This document shows, in pieces, positions 59,943 through 64,000 of a stretch of 64,000 nt of DNA (position 1 is its first letter; the number at the start of each line of letters is the position of its first letter). Made by a program: the position numbers and the translations under genes. The notes beneath the pieces were generated by a model. The model was not told the DNA's origin, made no database searches, and saw only the letters and a program-made list of their open reading frames with translations. The stretch is from Acutalibacteraceae bacterium (GTDB taxonomy: Bacteria; Bacillota; Clostridia; Oscillospirales; Acutalibacteraceae), in the NCBI GenBank assembly GCA_045614505.1, contig JAZLDA010000086.1:13927-77926 (forward strand), read 5' to 3'.

Positions 59943-61199
59943 TTATTCCGAAACTCTGCGGATATTTCCGCCAAGTGCTGTAAATTTCTTCACAAGGTCC
60001 TCATAGCCGCGGTCAATATATTCAATATTCTGCACCACAGTTTTACCCGGAGCCATAAGTCCCGCAATTACCATTGCGGCGCCTGCTCTCAAATCCGTGG
60101 CATTCACCACAGCAGGAACAAGGGAATCCTTACCGTTTATAATTGCGCGCTTGCCCTCCACACGAATGTCCGCGCCCATCTTTTTAAGCTCGTCCACATA
60201 GCGGAAGCGGTTGTCCCACACACCCTCAATAACGGTGCTCTCACCCTCTGCAACGCTAAGCAATGTTGCCATCTGCGGCTGCATATCGGTGGGGAAACCG
60301 GGGTGCGGCATGGTTTTAACCTGACAGCGGCGGGGCTTTCTCTCCATTTTCACCCTCACTGCCTCGTCAAACTGCTCCACCTTAGCGCCTGCTTCTATAA
60401 GCTTTGCAACAATAGATTCAAGGTGCTTGGGGGTAACGTTGGTAATGGTCACATCCCCCATGGTAGCGGCGGCGGCAACAAGATACGTGCCTGCTTCTAT
60501 CTGGTCTGGGATAATGCTGTAGCTTACACCTCTGAGTTTTTCAACACCGCGGATTTTAATAACATTAGTTCCGGCACCCATAATATTTGCGCCCATGGAA
60601 TTAAGAAAGTTGGCAAGGTCAACTATATGAGGTTCTCTTGCGGCATTTTCAATAACAGTCATACCCTTGGCTTTTACGGCGGCAAGCATTATATTAATGG
60701 TTGCTCCCACAGTAACCATATCAAGGTAAATATAATTTCCCTGAAGTTCCTTTGCGTTGCAGACAACCATATCATTTTCGCAAACGACCTTTGCACCCAT
60801 AGCCTCAAAGCCTTTAATATGCTGGTCAATGGGTCGCACACCGAAGTCACAGCCACCGGGAGGAGCAACCTTGGCTTTTCTGAATCTGCCAAGGAGTGCG
60901 CCCAGAAAATAACTGGAAGCGCGCATACCGCTGCTCATATCTTTGGTTACTATATGTGAATTAACTCCTGTGGGGTCGATTTTTGCAGTATTTGCATCTA
61001 TCATTTCCACTGCGGCGCCAAGCTTCGTCATACTTTTAAGTATCAGACTGACATCGGAAATGTCGGGGAGATTTTCAATAAGGCAAGGCTCATCAGCCAA
61101 TAAAACGGCAGGAAGAATCGCAACGGCTGCGTTTTTCGCACCGCTGATATGTACTTCACCGTTTAAAGGTTTGCCGCCTTCTATCACATATTTTTCCAC
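59943..61199 (-). CDS. murA: UDP-N-acetylglucosamine 1-carboxyvinyltransferase
   Basis: 418 aa. ISGAKNAA; catalytic GGCDFGVRPIDQH region. Confidence 0.95.
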   Translation of the reverse strand: MEKYVIEGGKPLNGEVHISGAKNAAVAILPAVLLADEPCLIENLPDISDVSLILKSMTKLGAAVEMIDANTAKIDPTGVNSHIVTKDMSSGMRASSYFLGALLGRFRKAKVAPPGGCDFGVRPIDQHIKGFEAMGAKVVCENDMVVCNAKELQGNYIYLDMVTVGATINIMLAAVKAKGMTVIENAAREPHIVDLANFLNSMGANIMGAGTNVIKIRGVEKLRGVSYSIIPDQIEAGTYLVAAAATMGDVTITNVTPKHLESIVAKLIEAGAKVEQFDEAVRVKMERKPRRCQVKTMPHPGFPTDMQPQMATLLSVAEGESTVIEGVWDNRFRYVDELKKMGADIRVEGKRAIINGKDSLVPAVVNATDLRAGAAMVIAGLMAPGKTVVQNIEYIDRGYEDLVKKFTALGGNIRRVSE

Positions 61200-61465
61200 T
61201 TGCTTCTCTCCGTTTATTCTTCAAATGAGAACTCTCTAATCATAAAGCCATTATACACCTCTAATACTCCTTTGTCAAATTATATTTGCCCATTTCTCAC
61301 AGAATATATTATATATTGTGTCAAAATTCGACTTTTTTCATAGATTTAGTATTGCTCTCATTTTTTATTATTTCCTCAAATTATATTTTAAGGCTTGCCT
61401 ATTCTTGCTTTTTTAAATAAAATGTGGTAAAATGTATATAAAAATTAAAAAAACGGAGGGCGATT

Positions 61466-61828
61466 ATGCATTTACAGGAATCAGGCGAAATGTATCTCGA
61501 GTGTATTTATGTTCTGTCCAAAAAAAGCAATACCGTCCGTTCAATTGATGTAGTTGAATATATGGGATTTTCAAAGCCGAGTGTCAGCCGCGCGGTTGGA
61601 CTTTTAAAAAAAGGCGGCTTCCTTATAATGGATAAAGACGGCTATCTGACTTTAACCGATGAAGGAAAAGAGGTTGCCGAAAAAATCTATGAGCGTCACA
61701 CTCTTCTGACCGACTTTCTCATAAAGCTTGGAGTTGACAAAGAAACTGCGTCGGAGGATGCCTGCAAAATGGAGCACGATATAAGTGATTCCACTATAAA
61801 CGCCATTAAAAAATTCGTAAACAACTAA
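61466..61828 (+). CDS. MntR/DtxR-family metal-dependent transcriptional repressor (short form)
   Basis: 120 aa. wHTH (FSKPSVSRAVGLLKKGGF) and metal-ligand-like positions (ERH, EDACKMEHD). Terminator hairpin at 61838-61870. Confidence 0.8.
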   Translation: MHLQESGEMYLECIYVLSKKSNTVRSIDVVEYMGFSKPSVSRAVGLLKKGGFLIMDKDGYLTLTDEGKEVAEKIYERHTLLTDFLIKLGVDKETASEDACKMEHDISDSTINAIKKFVNN

Positions 61829-62004
61829 TCAAAAGAAGAAATTTTTTATCGCGTATAAAATTTCTTCTTTCTTTTTTGTCAAAAAGGTTGACTTTTGTTT
61901 TTTATTGTGTTATAACGACCTCGAAGCAGGTGCTTTCTGCTTTTAAAAGTCCGTTTTAAAATATCAACATCCCTCTTTTCCCCCTATATTGGAGCGTGAT
62001 TTGT

Positions 62005-63822
62005 ATGAGTAAAAAAGCAAACAAATCGAAGAAAATTTTAAACAGTGCAGAAATTCTTAAACGAGAACAACAGTTTATTGATTGTTACCGCAAACATAAC
62101 GGCAAGGGTCTTCGTATCCTTTTAGGCCTTTATAAGGGCGACTACAAAAACCTGTTTTTTTCATCTTTGTTTTTTATAATTAAATCTACTCCTGAGTGGG
62201 TGTTACCTCTTGTTACTGCCGATGTAATCAATGTGATAATAGAAAAACCGGACAATTTTGTTTTTCGTCTTGTAATTGACTTTATTATTGCTGCAATTAT
62301 CCTGCTTCAGAATATTCCCACACATATGCTGCATTCCCATTTTTTCAGCAAGGCAAAACGCAGAGTGGAAGCAGGGCTGAGAGGAGCTATGGTAAGAAAG
62401 CTTCAGCAGTTATCTATTGGTTTTCACAAAGAAATGCCAACAGGAAAAATTCAGTCCAAAGTGATGCGGGATGTAGAAAATGTTGAGGCACTGTCTTCCC
62501 AAATTTTCACCGTAGTTATGCGAATCGTTTCCAATATGGCAATAACTCTGACAGTGGTTATTACAAAAAGTATTCCCGTATTTTTGATGTTCCTTGTGTG
62601 TATCCCTTTCTTTGCTTTTCTTATATCAAAATTCAAAAAGCCTCTTAAAAGCAGAAATTCGGAATTCAGAAAAACCATTGAAAACACATCTTCCAGTGTT
62701 ATTGATATGATAGAATTAGTGCCGGTGACACGCGCTCACGCTCTGGAAGAAACCGAAATTAAAAAAATCACCGAAGAAGTCACAGATGCCGCCCATAAAG
62801 GTTATAGACTTGACTTTATTCAAAGTCTTTTTGGCTCGGTAATATGGGTGTTTATGTCTTTAGCGCAGGTTGTCTGTCTCTTTTTCACAAGCCTCCTTGC
62901 TATTAGAGGAAATATCCAGAATATAGGCGATATAACTCTTTATCAGACCTACTTCACTACCCTTTTAGGTCATGTAAACGGAATTATAGCAATAATGCCT
63001 ATTCTAGCAAAGGGATTGGAAGCAGTTAATTCTATTGGAGAAATACTTTGTGCTGGAGATATAGAGGATAACACCGGCAAAGAAAAACTCAAAAAGCTGG
63101 AAGGTAACTTTGAGTTTAACAATGTTTTCTTTAATTATGAAAAAGATTCTCATGTTCTTGAAGGCATCGATTTAAAGATAAACAAAGGTGAAACCATTGC
63201 TCTTGTAGGAGAATCGGGCTCAGGCAAAAGTACAATCATTAATCTTGTAACCGGCTTTTACAAACCAACTTCAGGAGAAATTCTTGTTGACGGTAAAAAT
63301 ATAGAAGAAATAGATTTACACAGCTACAGAAAATTTTTGTCGGTTGTTCCTCAGAAAACAATTTTATTTTCAGGAACAGTGAAAGAAAATATAACCTACG
63401 GTAACCCGAATATTTCCAAGAAGCGCCTTGACGAGGTTATTGAGGCGTCCCAGTTAAAAAGCGTAATTGAGAAATTACCAAAGGGTTTAGATACAAGCAT
63501 AGGTGAGCACGGTGACAAGCTCTCAGGCGGACAACGGCAAAGACTCGCAATTGCAAGAGCAATTATCCGTGACCCAAAAGTGATAATTTTCGATGAAGCC
63601 ACCAGTGCATTGGATAGTGCTTCGGAATTGGAAATTCAAAAGGCTATTGAACATTTAACAAAGGAACGCACCACCTTTATTGTTGCGCACAGACTTTCCA
63701 CCATTCGCAACGCCGATAAAATTGCTGTTATAAAGGATGGCAGATGTGTAGAATTCGGCACCTATTACGAACTTATGGAAAGAAAAGGCGAATTCTTTAA
63801 TCTGAAATCGTTACAAACATAA
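62005..63822 (+). CDS. ABC transporter, fused permease/ATPase (exporter type)
   Basis: Six-TM domain, then Walker A GESGSGKST, signature LSGGQRQR and Walker B IIFDEATSALD. ATG 62005 preferred over GTG 61996 on SD spacing. Confidence 0.88.
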   Translation: MSKKANKSKKILNSAEILKREQQFIDCYRKHNGKGLRILLGLYKGDYKNLFFSSLFFIIKSTPEWVLPLVTADVINVIIEKPDNFVFRLVIDFIIAAIILLQNIPTHMLHSHFFSKAKRRVEAGLRGAMVRKLQQLSIGFHKEMPTGKIQSKVMRDVENVEALSSQIFTVVMRIVSNMAITLTVVITKSIPVFLMFLVCIPFFAFLISKFKKPLKSRNSEFRKTIENTSSSVIDMIELVPVTRAHALEETEIKKITEEVTDAAHKGYRLDFIQSLFGSVIWVFMSLAQVVCLFFTSLLAIRGNIQNIGDITLYQTYFTTLLGHVNGIIAIMPILAKGLEAVNSIGEILCAGDIEDNTGKEKLKKLEGNFEFNNVFFNYEKDSHVLEGIDLKINKGETIALVGESGSGKSTIINLVTGFYKPTSGEILVDGKNIEEIDLHSYRKFLSVVPQKTILFSGTVKENITYGNPNISKKRLDEVIEASQLKSVIEKLPKGLDTSIGEHGDKLSGGQRQRLAIARAIIRDPKVIIFDEATSALDSASELEIQKAIEHLTKERTTFIVAHRLSTIRNADKIAVIKDGRCVEFGTYYELMERKGEFFNLKSLQT

Positions 63823-63826
63823 AATC

Positions 63827-63856
63827 AGCTCCGTGATATTCTCACGGAGCTTTTCT
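63827..63856 (+). terminator. Terminator of the ABC gene (hairpin shared with the convergent gene)
   Basis: AGCTCCGTGA-TATTC-TCACGGAGCT followed by TTTC. Confidence 0.7.
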
Positions 63857-64000
63857 TATTCATTTATCATTTTAACCTTAACTGTTTTTCCGAGTTGCTC
63901 TGCATACTTTATCATGGCGCGCGTTCCCCTGCTCTGTCCGTCCCAGAAGCAAATAACCAAATCGGAAACCTCTGCCATTTTCTTATTTCTTATAGGGCCT
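63856..64000 (-). CDS. C-terminal fragment of a SLOG-fold (DUF1273/DUF2493-like) protein; N-terminus lies beyond the window end
   Basis: Reverse translation ...GPIRNKKMAEVSDLVICFWDGQSRGTRAMIKYAEQLGKTVKVKMINE*. The RNxxM..SDxLIxxWDGxSxGT pattern is typical of that fold. The frame is open to the window edge. Confidence 0.45.
   Translation of the reverse strand, partial: GPIRNKKMAEVSDLVICFWDGQSRGTRAMIKYAEQLGKTVKVKMINE

Noticed and set aside
61380-61400. Near-palindrome TAAGGCTTGCCTAT overlapping the -35 region of the MntR/DtxR-type gene, as a possible auto-operator
   Set aside because: The symmetry is imperfect, there is no second copy in front of the adjacent ABC exporter, and it does not convincingly match the DtxR/MntR boxes I recall.

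Overview
Dense (about 90% coding), low-GC chromosomal segment of a Bacillota/Clostridia-type anaerobe. A type-I dockerin module suggests a Ruminococcaceae/Oscillospiraceae-like organism, but that is inference only. Content is almost entirely core housekeeping. Left to right: partial aminotransferase, LtaS-like sulfatase, M20 peptidase, a 1,592-aa secreted dockerin-bearing multi-module protein with a divergent AraC regulator, a MATE pump, a 56-aa 2x[4Fe-4S] ferredoxin that the ORF track misses, ricT-holB-trpS, a GT2 transferase, glpP-mgtC, mscL, an AraC-linked oxidoreductase/TIM-barrel sugar cluster, a VanY-like lipoprotein, LOG, tRNA-Arg(CCU), galE, a dnaD/dnaC-like loader pair, plsY-der-DUF512, rpmF-yceD, two loci for Na+-translocating decarboxylase subunits flanking pyk and feoB, alaX, radC, an rluA-family gene, a CPBP protease, a histidine phosphatase-hemW-pduL run, nagA, a complete atpIBEFHAGDC operon, rpmG-secE-nusG-rplKAJL, an MBL hydrolase, murA, an MntR/DtxR-type repressor and an ABC exporter. 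I saw no rRNA, CRISPR array, transposase, integrase, or recognisable phage or defence module. I found no convincing discrete novel multi-gene system. The observations most worth follow-up are: (1) a sodium-bioenergetics signature, namely an ATP synthase c-subunit with an E...ETTGLY Na+-site motif, a split oxaloacetate-decarboxylase-type pump, and an orphan beta subunit with an unannotated 46-aa membrane peptide; (2) the architecture of the giant dockerin protein; (3) a SecE fused to an extra four-helix membrane domain; (4) a hairpin/GATGATATAC repeat array next to the tRNA; (5) a long unexplained rpmG leader. Start codons were chosen by eye from SD spacing, and all family calls rest on motif recognition without database searches.
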